DNA of 64,000 nt, taken from positions 5,509-69,508 of the forward strand of contig NZ_CALAGI010000156.1 of assembly GCF_937891315.1 (NCBI RefSeq), given 5' to 3'. Positions within the stretch are counted from its first letter, which is position 1, and each line of letters begins with the position of its first letter. A program made the translations under genes and the position numbers. Positions 48,618 through 60,400 of the stretch are shown one piece after another. This DNA is from an uncultured Amaricoccus sp. GTDB taxonomy: Bacteria; Pseudomonadota; Alphaproteobacteria; Rhodobacterales; Rhodobacteraceae. Under the pieces are notes generated by a model that did not search any database, had not been told where the DNA came from, and worked only from the letters and a program-made list of their open reading frames with translations.

Positions 48618-51600
48618 CTATTCCGCCGCTTGTCCCGCCCGTTCCGACAGCATCCGCGTCAGCAGCGCGCGCAGTGCCCCGGGTCGCACCGGTTTGCGCA
48701 GGAGCCGATAACCCGCCGCCTCGGTTGCCTCGCGCAGATCGGCGGCGCGGTCCGCGGTAATCAGCGCCGCCGGCGTGTCCGCCCCGAAGCGGGCGCGCAG
48801 GATCGCGAGCGCCTCGAGCCCGGTGCGCCCGTGATCAAGGTGATAGTCGCTGAGGATCACATCCGGCGCGCGCCCGCCGAGCCTTGCCAGCCCTTCCTTG
48901 GCGGTCGCGCCGCAGACGACCTCGCAGGACCAGCCGGCGAGCAACTCGCTCATCGCCCCGGCGATGGTCGCGTCGTTTTCGATGAAGAGCACCAGAGCCC
49001 CGTCGAAGGCGCCGTCGAACCGTCGCGCCCGGTCGACCGGCGCGCGCGGCGCCACCGGCCGCGCCGCCAGCGGCACCGATACTGAAAAGCAGCTGCCCCG
49101 GCTCGGCCGCGAGCGCACTGCCACCTCGTGACCGAGCAACCCCGCCAACCGCTCGACGATGGCGAGCCCGAGTCCGAGCCCCTGTCCCCGGTCGCTCGTC
49201 GCGGTGTCAAGTCTCTGGAATTCAAGGAATATCTCGTGGATCTTGTCCTCCGGGATGCCAGGCCCGCTGTCCCAGACCTCGATGATCAGCCGCCCGGCCC
49301 GGCGCCGGCAGCCGATCAGCACCCGCCCGTCGCGGGTATAGCGCACCGCGTTGCCGAGGAAATTCTGCAGGATTCGCCGCAGCATCGCCGGATCGCTGCG
49401 CACCGAGGCCGATGAGGCGACGCTGCGAAAGCCGAGCCCGTGCTGACCGGCCAGCGCCGAGAATTCCTCGCCGAGCGGCCGCAGCAGGTCGGAGACGCGG
49501 AAATCGGCGATCTCGGGCGTGGTCACGCCGCCGTCGAGTTTCGAGACTTCGAGGAGCTCGCCCAGCAGATGCCCGACCGAGCGCAGCGACGCGTCGATCT
49601 GGGCGATGGCCGGGTCGCTGACCCGTTCGGCCAGCGCCGAAAGGAAGAGATGCGCGGCCTGCAGCGGCTGAAGCAGGTCGTGGCCGGCGGCGGCGAGAAA
49701 CCGGGTCTTGCCGCGGTTCGCCTGTTCCGCCTCGGCCTTGGCATCGGACAGCGCATGGGTGCGCTCGGCGATGCGCTGCTCAAGTGACTCGTTCGCCTCG
49801 CGCAGTTCGGAGGCGGCCCGGTAGCGGTCGCTGACATCGGTATAGACCGCGACGAATCCGCCGCTCGGCAGCGGATTGGTGGCGACCTCGAGCATGGTTC
49901 CGTCCGGCCGGCCCCGCTCGAAGACGTCCGGCTGACCGCGATGGGTCGGATCGATCTGGCGCGACAGCAGCGACTCGAACTCGCCCTCCGGCCCGTATTC
50001 CTGCCGAGCCTCGTTGAAGCGGACGATCTCGTCGAGCCGGGTACCGACCCGCATCATGTCCGGCGGCAGATCGATGAGCTCCAGGAACCGGCGATTCCAG
50101 AGGGCCACGCGCATATCTTCGTCGAAGGCGCAAATCCCCTGCCGCACGTTCTGCAAGGTGTCGCGCAGCAGCTCGTGCCGGCTCAGGATCGCGCGCGATG
50201 CTTCGTCGAGCAGGCCGCGCGCGTCGGATTTCGAGAAGCGTCGGTCCGACGACAGGCTCGCCACCACCACTCGCGCCGAGGCCGAGCCGATCGCCCCGGC
50301 CAGCAGCCGCTCGGTTATCCGCGCCGCCTCGGGGTCCGACCGGGCGAGCAGCAGGTCCTCGACGCCGGCCAGCGGCCCGTGCCGGGCCAGCGCCAGCGCG
50401 TTGAACGTCTCGTCCGCCCGGACGCGGCCGACGAAGCGCGTGGCGAGTTCGTGGAGATCGGCGAGCGAGGCGGCCCGGCCGGTTCCCTCGCGCTCGGCCC
50501 GGGCCGGCAGCGCGGCCACGAACCGCTCCGCCTGCAGCCGCTCCTCGCGCCCCGGCCGCGTCAGCAGCGAAACGAGGAAAAACAGAACCATGTTCGGCCC
50601 AAGGCTCCAGAGCATGCCGCTCAGCTGCGGATCGAGCCGCCAGCCGCCGAAGGCGCGCGGGTTCAGCGCGGCGATGCCGAGCGGGCCGTCGATCGCCCAG
50701 GACGCCGGCAGCCAGCCGGCGGCGATGAAGGCCGGTACCGCCACGGCGCAGGTCCAGCCAAGAAAGCCCGCGCCGATGCCGGCGAAGGCGCCGGCGAGCG
50801 TCGCCCCCCGCCAGAACATGCCACCGAGCAACGCTGGCGCGAACTGCGCCACCGCGGCGAAGGACATCAACCCGATCTGCGCCAGCGGAAAGGCCGGGCC
50901 AATCGCGAGGTAGCAGAGATAGGCGAGCGCGATGATCCCGACCACCGCGAGGCGCCGGGCGAGCAGCACGACGGCGGCGGGATTGGCCTCCCACCGCCGC
51001 CGCGCGGCCGGGAACACGGCCAGCGACGGAATGATGACATCGTTGCAGAGCATGGTGCCGAGCGCCAGCGTCGAGACGATGATCATCCCGGTCGCCGCCG
51101 AGAGCCCGCCGATGAAGGCGATGAGCGCGAGCCAGGGCAGGTCCATGGCGAGCGGGATGGCGACCAGAAAACTGTCCGGCTGGGTCTCGCCGCCGGGAAA
51201 CAGCAGCAGCCCGACGATCGCCACCGGCATGACGAACAGATTGATCGCGACAAGATAGGCCGGAAATGCCCAGGCGGCGACGCGCACATCGTCGAGATGC
51301 ACATTCTCCACCACGGCGACGTGAAACTGGCGCGGCAGGCAGAGGAAGGCGAGCGCCGAGAGCAGGCAGGTGCCCCACCAGACCGGATCACTCGCGTCGA
51401 GGGCGATGACCGGCGCGATCCGCGGATCAGCCAGCGCCGTGGTGATCTCTCCCGGCCCGCCGAGCGCGAGGAAGGCTATCACGCCACCCACCAGCACCGC
51501 GGCGACCAGTTTCACCACCGATTCCGTGGCGATGGCGAGCATCAGGCCGGAATGATGCTCGTTGGCATTCACGCTGCGCACGCCGAAGAGCACGGCGAAG

Positions 51601-52097
51601 GCGGCCATCGCCACCGCGGCGAGCAGCGTGGTGCCTCCCGGCAGCCCGCCGCCGCCCGACCCGGTCAGGGCCTCGAAACTGATGGTGATCGCCTTCAGCT
51701 GCAGCGCGAAATAGGGCATCAGCCCGACCATCGCCGTCAGGGTGACGAGCGCGGCGAGCGACCGGCTCTTGCCGTAGCGGGCGGAGATGAAATCGGCGAT
51801 CGAGGCCACGTTCTCGGCGCGCGCCACCCGCGCCATGCGCTGGATGAGCCGCCAGCCGAGACCCATGACCAGGATCGGCCCGACATAGATGGCGAAATAG
51901 TCGAAGCCGTCGGCGCTGGCCGCGCCCACGGCGCCATAGAGCGTCCAGGAACTGCAATAGACCGCGATGCTGAGCGCGTAGGTGGCAGGCGCCCGCGCCG
52001 GCGCGGCGGCCTTGGCCCGTCGGTCGCCGATCCAGGCGATGGCAAAGAGCGCCACCAGATAGGCGAGCGACAACGCCAGCACGGCCCAGTCTCGCAT
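48618..52097 (-). CDS. Hybrid sensor histidine kinase with N-terminal sodium:solute symporter (SSS) domain, PAS, HisKA, HATPase and receiver
   Basis: ORF 48618..52184, likely ATG at 52097 (MRDWAVLALSLAYLV). About 13-TM SSS-like N-terminal half, PAS (ICAFDEDMRVALWNRRF), H-box FLAAAGHDLLQPL, GNAVRYT / DSGPGIP / GLGLGLAIV, C-terminal REC (ILSDYHLD). Confidence 0.9.
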   Translation of the reverse strand: MRDWAVLALSLAYLVALFAIAWIGDRRAKAAAPARAPATYALSIAVYCSSWTLYGAVGAASADGFDYFAIYVGPILVMGLGWRLIQRMARVARAENVASIADFISARYGKSRSLAALVTLTAMVGLMPYFALQLKAITISFEALTGSGGGGLPGGTTLLAAVAMAAFAVLFGVRSVNANEHHSGLMLAIATESVVKLVAAVLVGGVIAFLALGGPGEITTALADPRIAPVIALDASDPVWWGTCLLSALAFLCLPRQFHVAVVENVHLDDVRVAAWAFPAYLVAINLFVMPVAIVGLLLFPGGETQPDSFLVAIPLAMDLPWLALIAFIGGLSAATGMIIVSTLALGTMLCNDVIIPSLAVFPAARRRWEANPAAVVLLARRLAVVGIIALAYLCYLAIGPAFPLAQIGLMSFAAVAQFAPALLGGMFWRGATLAGAFAGIGAGFLGWTCAVAVPAFIAAGWLPASWAIDGPLGIAALNPRAFGGWRLDPQLSGMLWSLGPNMVLFFLVSLLTRPGREERLQAERFVAALPARAEREGTGRAASLADLHELATRFVGRVRADETFNALALARHGPLAGVEDLLLARSDPEAARITERLLAGAIGSASARVVVASLSSDRRFSKSDARGLLDEASRAILSRHELLRDTLQNVRQGICAFDEDMRVALWNRRFLELIDLPPDMMRVGTRLDEIVRFNEARQEYGPEGEFESLLSRQIDPTHRGQPDVFERGRPDGTMLEVATNPLPSGGFVAVYTDVSDRYRAASELREANESLEQRIAERTHALSDAKAEAEQANRGKTRFLAAAGHDLLQPLQAAHLFLSALAERVSDPAIAQIDASLRSVGHLLGELLEVSKLDGGVTTPEIADFRVSDLLRPLGEEFSALAGQHGLGFRSVASSASVRSDPAMLRRILQNFLGNAVRYTRDGRVLIGCRRRAGRLIIEVWDSGPGIPEDKIHEIFLEFQRLDTATSDRGQGLGLGLAIVERLAGLLGHEVAVRSRPSRGSCFSVSVPLAARPVAPRAPVDRARRFDGAFDGALVLFIENDATIAGAMSELLAGWSCEVVCGATAKEGLARLGGRAPDVILSDYHLDHGRTGLEALAILRARFGADTPAALITADRAADLREATEAAGYRLLRKPVRPGALRALLTRMLSERAGQAAE

Positions 52098-52223
52098 CCG
52101 CCCTCCCCCGACGCCGATTTCCGCGCTTTTTCTTGCCTCCGATCCTGCGCGGCCAACCCGCCCCTGTCCAGCGCAACGCGACAAAATCCGCGCCTCACGC
52201 CGCGGGGCCGCTCGCGGGAGCCG

Positions 52224-53402
52224 TCAGAAGCTGTAGCCAACCCTGAGGCCCGCGCCCCAGACCGAGCCGTCGTTGAAGTCGGTGGCCAGCAGGTTGGTGG
52301 TGTCGCCGAGCCGGCCATAGGTGACGCCGCCGGTGAGATTGACCTTGCCGCGGTCGTAGCTGAGCGCCGCCGTGGCGAGCGTTCGGCCGTCATACGGCCC
52401 GAGGGTGGTCATCACGCCGCCGACGTCGGGCTCGTAGGTGACCGAGAGCGAGCCGGCCAGGGTCTCGGTGAACTGGTGCCCCATGCCGAGCGAATAGGTC
52501 CACCAGTCGTCGGCATATTCCACCAGCGGTCGCGGAGCGCCGGTGATCGCCTGGGTCAGCGCGGCGTAGACCGGCGGCTCGATCGCGAATTCCGACCAGT
52601 CGACCCAGCGGATCGAGCCGAAGATCAGCGTGCCCGGCGCCACGCCGGTCTGGAAATCGAGGCTGACCGATTGCGGCGTATCGACGTCCGTCTGGGTGTT
52701 CTGGGTATCGGTCGTCCCGCCCGCCGTCGTGGATTCGGCGGTGTCGAGTTCGTAGCTGATCCTGGAAAAGTAGGTGAGTGCGACGCGCAGCGCGACATCG
52801 GGCCGTTCGTAGGCCGCGCCGGCGAGAAAGCCGAAGCCCCATTTGGCGTCCGCGTCGACATCGTAGCCCTGGAAGAGCGGGATGCCGGCCGAGGCCTTCA
52901 GCCGCTGGCCGCGCACCCCGCCGAAGAGCTTGACGTCCGGCCGGACGTCATAGGCCAGCACCGCGCTGATCTGGTAGGTGGCAAGGTCGGCGTAGCTGCC
53001 CTGATAGCTGAAGCCGGCCGGCGGCACGCCACCGGGGAAGCTGCCGGCGCCATAGTCGGTATTGGCCGCGAGCGGCTGATCGAGCAGGATCGCATAGGAC
53101 AATCGGTCGTTGATATCGGCCTTCCAGGCGCCGCTGACCTGCCAGCTCGACTCGAAGATGTCGCCGGTATTGCCGGGATAGGTGAGCGGGATGCCGATGG
53201 CGGCCAGGTTCGCGCCGTCGCCGCTTTGCGACGGGTCGGTATAGGTGACGCCGAGTTCGGCGTAGCTGCCCTCCTGATAGAGCAGGCGGATGGTGTTCGG
53301 CACCACCTGTTCCAGCGCCGCGCCTTGCGCCAGGCCGGCGACGAGGCAGAGCACCGACGTCGTTCCGAAAAGCGGGGCAAAAGCGCGCGCGCGATCGGCC
53401 AT
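52224..53402 (-). CDS. Outer-membrane FadL/OmpP1/TodX-family hydrophobic-compound channel
   Basis: ORF 52224..53525, likely ATG at 53402. Signal MADRARAFAPLFGTTSVLCLVAGLAQGAA, alternating beta-strand pattern, C-terminal ...GAGLRVGYSF (terminal Phe). Confidence 0.8.
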   Translation of the reverse strand: MADRARAFAPLFGTTSVLCLVAGLAQGAALEQVVPNTIRLLYQEGSYAELGVTYTDPSQSGDGANLAAIGIPLTYPGNTGDIFESSWQVSGAWKADINDRLSYAILLDQPLAANTDYGAGSFPGGVPPAGFSYQGSYADLATYQISAVLAYDVRPDVKLFGGVRGQRLKASAGIPLFQGYDVDADAKWGFGFLAGAAYERPDVALRVALTYFSRISYELDTAESTTAGGTTDTQNTQTDVDTPQSVSLDFQTGVAPGTLIFGSIRWVDWSEFAIEPPVYAALTQAITGAPRPLVEYADDWWTYSLGMGHQFTETLAGSLSVTYEPDVGGVMTTLGPYDGRTLATAALSYDRGKVNLTGGVTYGRLGDTTNLLATDFNDGSVWGAGLRVGYSF

Positions 53403-53573
53403 GGTCTGTCCTCTCCCCAAAGTCATTGCTGTCGCAATCCTATTGCGATCAAGCATTGGCATTGGGGGACATGCGTCAAGCGCGACGCCGCGCCACGCGA
53501 GCATGGCGATCAGAACGCCGCGCACCCGTGGCAGGAATGCCGCGGGTGCGCGCGGGTCCGGTCGCGCCGGAGA

Positions 53574-54119
53574 CTATTTCTTCGGAGCCTTCATCGCGTC
53601 CAGCGAGGCGCGCAGGATGGTCTCGGCCTCGGCCTTGTCGCCCCAGCCGATGACCTTCACCCATTTGCCTTCCTCGAGATCCTTGTAGTGTTCGAAGAAA
53701 TGCTTGATTCGGTCGCGGGTCTTCTGCGGTACGTCGGTCAGTTCCTTGATATGCGCCTGGAACGGATCGACCTTGGCCAGCGGCACGGCGATCAGCTTGT
53801 CGTCCATGCCGCCGTCGTCTTCCATCTTGAGCACGCCGACCGGGCGGCATTTGATGACGACGCCGGGCTGCAGCGGAAAGTCGCAGACCACCAGAACGTC
53901 GGTCGGATCGCCGTCGGCATGCAGCGTGTTCGGCACGAAGCCGTAGTTGCAGGGATAGAACATCGGCGTATTGACCACGCGATCGACGAAGACCGCGCCC
54001 GACGCCTTGTCGAGCTCGTATTTCACCGGCGCGCCGCCGGCCGCGCCGCCGGGGATCTCGATGACGACGTTGATGTCCTCGGGCGGGTTCTTTCCCGCGG
54101 GGATCTTGTCGATATTCAT
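53574..54119 (-). CDS. ppa: Inorganic pyrophosphatase (family I)
   Basis: ORF 53574..54119. VVIEIPGG...KYELDK, DGDPTDVLV, DDKLIAV. Confidence 0.95.
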   Translation of the reverse strand: MNIDKIPAGKNPPEDINVVIEIPGGAAGGAPVKYELDKASGAVFVDRVVNTPMFYPCNYGFVPNTLHADGDPTDVLVVCDFPLQPGVVIKCRPVGVLKMEDDGGMDDKLIAVPLAKVDPFQAHIKELTDVPQKTRDRIKHFFEHYKDLEEGKWVKVIGWGDKAEAETILRASLDAMKAPKK

Positions 54120-54396
54120 GGGCGTCTCCTCGTCGTTGCGTCGTCGAAACCTTGCGCTCGCCTAGCACGGCGGCGGGCCTGGCAAAAGGGGTCAGGTCGC
54201 AGCAGGGGCATACCGTGACGCTGATCGCGGATTGACGGGATCGGGCCCGATGATGACCGGCGCGCCGACGGGTAGCGGACGGGAGCTTTCGCTCAGGGTG
54301 CGAGCAACGCGGCCTTTCGCCGGTCTCCGCGAGCCGCCCGGCTGGCGGTACTGCCCGGTGCGAGCTATCCTCCGATCCTGACCAAAGGGGGAGTGG

Positions 54397-54891
54397 ATGC
54401 GGAGACCTTGTTTTTTCGCCGCCGCCGGACTGCTGCTCGGGGCGGGTTCGGCCTCGGCGGACGCGTGCCAGACGGTGCTCGATGCCTATACCGCGCTGTC
54501 GAAGGCGCCGGCCTATCGGCAGACCATGTCCACGCCGGGCGAGGCGCCCATGGAGCTCGTCACGGTGGGCGACACGCTTTACATGAAGGAGGGAACGGGC
54601 TGGACCAAGCTGCCGCTGCGACCCGGCATGCGCGAGCAGATGATGGCGTCGATCGTGCCCGATGCCTCGGCCCTCAAGGACTGCTCGGAGCTCGGGAGCG
54701 AGACGCTGGGCGGGATCGGAACCACGATCTACAGCTACCAGCCGCCGCCGATGGACGGGGTCCCGGACACCGGGCCGCAGAAGGTGTGGATCGGCGAGGA
54801 CGGTCTGCCGAGGCGGATGACAGTGGAGCAGGACGGTGGGACGCTCGAGGTTGTCATGTCGTTCGACGGGGTGACGGCGCCGATCCCTTGA
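54397..54891 (+). CDS. Hypothetical secreted protein
   Basis: ORF 54397..54891. Signal peptide MRRPCFFAAAGLLLGAGSASA. No family recognised. Confidence 0.55.
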   Translation: MRRPCFFAAAGLLLGAGSASADACQTVLDAYTALSKAPAYRQTMSTPGEAPMELVTVGDTLYMKEGTGWTKLPLRPGMREQMMASIVPDASALKDCSELGSETLGGIGTTIYSYQPPPMDGVPDTGPQKVWIGEDGLPRRMTVEQDGGTLEVVMSFDGVTAPIP

Positions 54892-54958
54892 TCGCGCGCC
54901 GGGAACGGCGGCGGATCGCAGGGAGGCCGCCTGATGCCAGGCGGCCTCCCCGAGTCGC

Positions 54959-57262
<2,304 letters not shown>

Positions 57263-57375
57263 TTAGGCCTGCCACGCGCACCGCGACCGGCGCGGTGGCC
57301 ATGACGGGTGATCTTTCGACGGGTGATCTCTCGGGCATCGATCTTTCCCTTGGCGGTTGGCTTGGTACGAGCATC

Positions 57376-57443
57376 GGGATAATCCCAAGCTGGCATAAGG
57401 GGAAGTTGTATTTCCTTCTGGAAACCATAGGATTGGATTATGG
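57376..57443. promoter_or_regulatory. Putative OxyR operator in the katG-oxyR divergent region
   Basis: GGGATAATCCCAA (57376-57388) and CCATAGGATTGGATTATGG (57425-57443) contain mutually inverted GGATAATCC / GGATTAT elements and an ATAG-N7-TTAT unit resembling the ATAG-N7-CTAT OxyR half-operator. The second element overlaps the oxyR ATG. Confidence 0.35.
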
Positions 57444-58408
57444 ACGTAACCCTGCGACAGCTCCGGTATCTGATCTCGCTGGCCGAGGAGGGCAATTTCG
57501 GCCGGGCGGCGGCGGCGGTGAATGTCAGCCAGCCGGCGCTCTCCGTCCAGATCCGCGAGCTGGAGACCACGCTCGGCACCCAGCTCTTCGAGCGGCGGGC
57601 GCGCGAGGTGGTGGTCACGCCCGCCGGACGGGACATCCTGTGGCACGCGCGGCGGGTGATGGACGAGATTCGCGAGCTGCAGCAGGCCGCCCGCTGGCAG
57701 CGCGGCCTCGGCGGCCGCTTGCGGCTCGGCATCATTCCGACGGTCGCGCCCTATCTGCTGCCGGCGGCGCTGCCGCTCCTGCGCGGTCGCGACCTTGGTC
57801 TCGACCTCGGTGTGCGCGAGGGCCGGACCCAGGCGCTGATCGAGGAACTGCGCGAGGGGGCGCTCGACGCGGTGGTCGTCGCACTGCCGGTCGAGGCGCC
57901 CGATCTGGTCGAGGCGCCGTTGTTCGAGGACCGCTTCCTGCTCGCGGGATCGGAGCGGCAGATCGCCGGTCTCGGGCCGGGGCTTCGGCCCGACGAGATG
58001 CGACCCGACCGCCTGCTCCTGCTCGAGGACGGCCATTGCCTGACCGATCAGGCGCTGGCCGCCTGCGCGCTCGGGCGCGACACGGCGCGGCTCGATCTGC
58101 GCGCCTCGAGTCTCTCGACGCTCTGCCGGCTGGTGGAGGAGGGGTTCGGTCTGACCTTCGTGCCGGAACTCGCGCTGCGCGTCGAGCGGTCGGCGGCCCC
58201 CGGCCTGTCGCTGGTCCGCTTCGACGCGCCGGAGCCGCGGAGGGTGATCGGCGTCGCCCGGCGGCGGTTGTCGGTGGACGACGGCTGGTTCACCGAGCTC
58301 GCCTCGGTTCTGGCCCAGGCGGGGCGGGAGGAGATCCGCCACGCCGAGGCGGCGATTCCGCCGCCGCCGCGCGAGATCGCCGCGGACAAGGCGGTTTCGC
58401 TCCGCTAG
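57440..58408 (+). CDS. oxyR: LysR-family peroxide sensor/regulator OxyR
   Basis: ORF 57440..58408. [38 protein letters not shown]. Redox cysteines in [17 protein letters not shown]. Divergent from katG. Confidence 0.9.
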   Translation: MDVTLRQLRYLISLAEEGNFGRAAAAVNVSQPALSVQIRELETTLGTQLFERRAREVVVTPAGRDILWHARRVMDEIRELQQAARWQRGLGGRLRLGIIPTVAPYLLPAALPLLRGRDLGLDLGVREGRTQALIEELREGALDAVVVALPVEAPDLVEAPLFEDRFLLAGSERQIAGLGPGLRPDEMRPDRLLLLEDGHCLTDQALAACALGRDTARLDLRASSLSTLCRLVEEGFGLTFVPELALRVERSAAPGLSLVRFDAPEPRRVIGVARRRLSVDDGWFTELASVLAQAGREEIRHAEAAIPPPPREIAADKAVSLR

Positions 58409-58457
58409 AGATTGCTTCTACTGGGCGCGGGGCCGAACGGGGCCGCGGGAGGGAACA

Positions 58458-59414
58458 ATGGCGGACCGAGACCTCAGCGATCGCGCGCAGCGCCATCCGG
58501 AGAAGGCGCACCGACCCGACACGCCGATCCTGCGCAAGCCGGACTGGATCCGCGTCAAGGCGCCGACCTCCGAAGGCTATCGCAAGACGCGCGAGATCAT
58601 GCGCGAGAACCGGCTCGTCACGGTCTGCGAGGAGGCCGGCTGTCCGAACGTCGGCGAATGCTGGAGCCAGGGCCACGCGACCATGATGATCATGGGCGAC
58701 ATCTGCACGCGGGGCTGCACCTTCTGCAACATCGCGACCGGCCGTCCGAACGCGCTCGACGTGTTCGAGCCGGCGCGCGTCGCCGTGGCCGTCGAGAAGC
58801 TCGGGTTGAACCATGTCGTCATCACCTCGGTCGACCGGGACGATCTCGAGGATGGCGGGGCCGAGCATATCGCCCAGACGATCCGCGCGGTGCGGCGCAA
58901 GAACCCCGAGACCACGATCGAGGTGCTGACTCCGGACTTCCTGAAATGCCCGCCCTCGGCGCTGGATGTGGTGGTGGCGGCGCGGCCGGACGTGTTCAAC
59001 CACAATCTCGAAACCGTGCCCGGCCTCTATCCCGAGGTTCGTCCGGGCGCGCGTTACTTCCATTCGCTGCGCCTCCTGCAACGGGTGAAGGAACTCGATC
59101 CGACGCTGTTCACGAAATCCGGGATCATGGTCGGGCTCGGCGAGGATCGGCAGGCGGTGACACAGGTGATGGACGACATGCGGGCCGCGGATGTCGATTT
59201 CCTGACGATCGGCCAGTATCTGCAGCCGACGCCGAAGCATCACGCGGTCCGCCGCTTCGTGACGCCCGACGAATTCGCCGCCTACGAGAAAGCGGCCTTC
59301 GGCAAGGGCTTCCTCATGGTTTCGGCGACACCGCTGACCCGGTCCAGCTACCACGCCGGCAGCGATTTCGCGCGGTTGCGCGAGGCGCGTCTGGTCAAAC
59401 TGGGGCGGATCTGA
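58458..59414 (+). CDS. lipA: Lipoyl synthase
   Basis: ORF 58458..59414. Auxiliary cluster [12 protein letters not shown] and radical-SAM cluster [10 protein letters not shown]. Confidence 0.96.
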   Translation: MADRDLSDRAQRHPEKAHRPDTPILRKPDWIRVKAPTSEGYRKTREIMRENRLVTVCEEAGCPNVGECWSQGHATMMIMGDICTRGCTFCNIATGRPNALDVFEPARVAVAVEKLGLNHVVITSVDRDDLEDGGAEHIAQTIRAVRRKNPETTIEVLTPDFLKCPPSALDVVVAARPDVFNHNLETVPGLYPEVRPGARYFHSLRLLQRVKELDPTLFTKSGIMVGLGEDRQAVTQVMDDMRAADVDFLTIGQYLQPTPKHHAVRRFVTPDEFAAYEKAAFGKGFLMVSATPLTRSSYHAGSDFARLREARLVKLGRI

Positions 59415-59477
59415 AAAGCCGGACCCGCGGAGCGCGCGCCCGGCTCGGTCCGGTTGCTCGGGACGACGCGTGTCCGC

Positions 59478-60155
59478 TCAGTAGGCGCCCCTGCCGCTCA
59501 GCATGGCGATCGGCGTGCGCGCCAGGATCAGCGCGTCGCGCCGCAGGCTGAGATTCCGGACATATTCGACATCCAGCGCGACACGCTCGCCATAACCGAT
59601 GTCGTTGCGGCCACTGACCTGCCACGGGCCGGTCAGGCCGGGGCGGGCGGCGAGATACCAGCGCAGGTTCACATCATAGTGGGCAAGCTCGGAATGGATC
59701 ACCGGCCGCGGGCCGACAAGGCTCATGTCGCCGCGCATCACATTGAAGATCTGGGGTAATTCATCGAGGCTGTAGCGACGTAGCAGGCGGCCGACCCGAC
59801 CGAGCACGCGGGGATCGTCGCGCAGCTTGCCGGTCTCGGCCCATTCGGCGCGCGCATCGGGGCAGGATTCGAGCAGGTCGCGCAGCATCGCGTCCGCGTC
59901 GAGGACCATGGTGCGGAACTTCAGGCAGTCGAACGGCTGGCCGTTGCGCCCGACGCGGCGGTGGCGAAACAGAACCGCGCCTCCGGTCCGGCGCCAGACC
60001 AGCGCGGCGAAGACGAGGAGCGCCGGCCAGAGGGTCAGCAGCATCAGGGAAGCGACGAATATATCCAGACTGCGCTTCACTGCGAGACGGAGGCTGGCCA
60101 GCGGGGAGCGAAAGAGTTCGCCCGGAACAAAAGTATTCGCCGCTTCCATTCTCAT
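59478..60155 (-). CDS. Polyprenyl-phosphate hexose-1-phosphate transferase (bacterial sugar transferase, ExoY-like)
   Basis: ORF 59478..60155. KRSLDIFVASLMLL, FDCLKFRTM, SLDELPQIFNVMRGDMSLVGPRP, RPGLTGPWQVSGRND. Size and collinearity match rhizobial ExoY as I recall it. Confidence 0.88.
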   Translation of the reverse strand: MRMEAANTFVPGELFRSPLASLRLAVKRSLDIFVASLMLLTLWPALLVFAALVWRRTGGAVLFRHRRVGRNGQPFDCLKFRTMVLDADAMLRDLLESCPDARAEWAETGKLRDDPRVLGRVGRLLRRYSLDELPQIFNVMRGDMSLVGPRPVIHSELAHYDVNLRWYLAARPGLTGPWQVSGRNDIGYGERVALDVEYVRNLSLRRDALILARTPIAMLSGRGAY

Positions 60156-60169
60156 CGTGACTCTCCCGT

Positions 60170-60400
60170 CGAACGAAACACTCTAAACCACCAGTTCTTC
60201 TGCGCGTATTTGATCCAGTTGATTCAATTGATTAACAAGATCATGCCGAAACGTATAAATGAAATCTCAAATTATCGGATTCGTGTCAATATGAGTAGAA
60301 CCATATTTAAAGTTAATACAATTCTATCGCAAAGAGTGGTTAAAGATATGTGAAGTTAATTATTAAAATACCGGAAAATATGTTTGGTTGATTTGTGTGA
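60170..60400. promoter_or_regulatory. AT-rich island (~32% G+C by hand count) upstream of the ExoY-like gene, carrying TTGAT 9-mer repeats
   Basis: 70 G+C in 220 nt (60181-60400), against about two-thirds G+C in the flanks. Phased 9-mers TTGATCCAG TTGATTCAA TTGATTAAC (60210-60236), a TCAATTGA palindrome and flanking TGATC...GATCA. Confidence 0.5.

Noticed and set aside
49941-54218. 1425-aa ORF on the plus strand, the longest in the window.
   Set aside because: It is antisense to the sensor kinase, FadL and ppa genes. Its composition is dominated by R/G/D/E/H/P with no recognisable domain. The opposite-strand genes carry unambiguous motifs.
57301-57360. ATG-initiated pentapeptide-repeat 'leader peptide' (MTGDLSTGDLSGIDLS...) in the katG-oxyR intergenic region.
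   Set aside because: The frame runs on for hundreds of codons through oxyR in the wrong frame as a GC artefact, and there is no Shine-Dalgarno. The periodicity simply reflects the 15-bp DNA repeats reported above.
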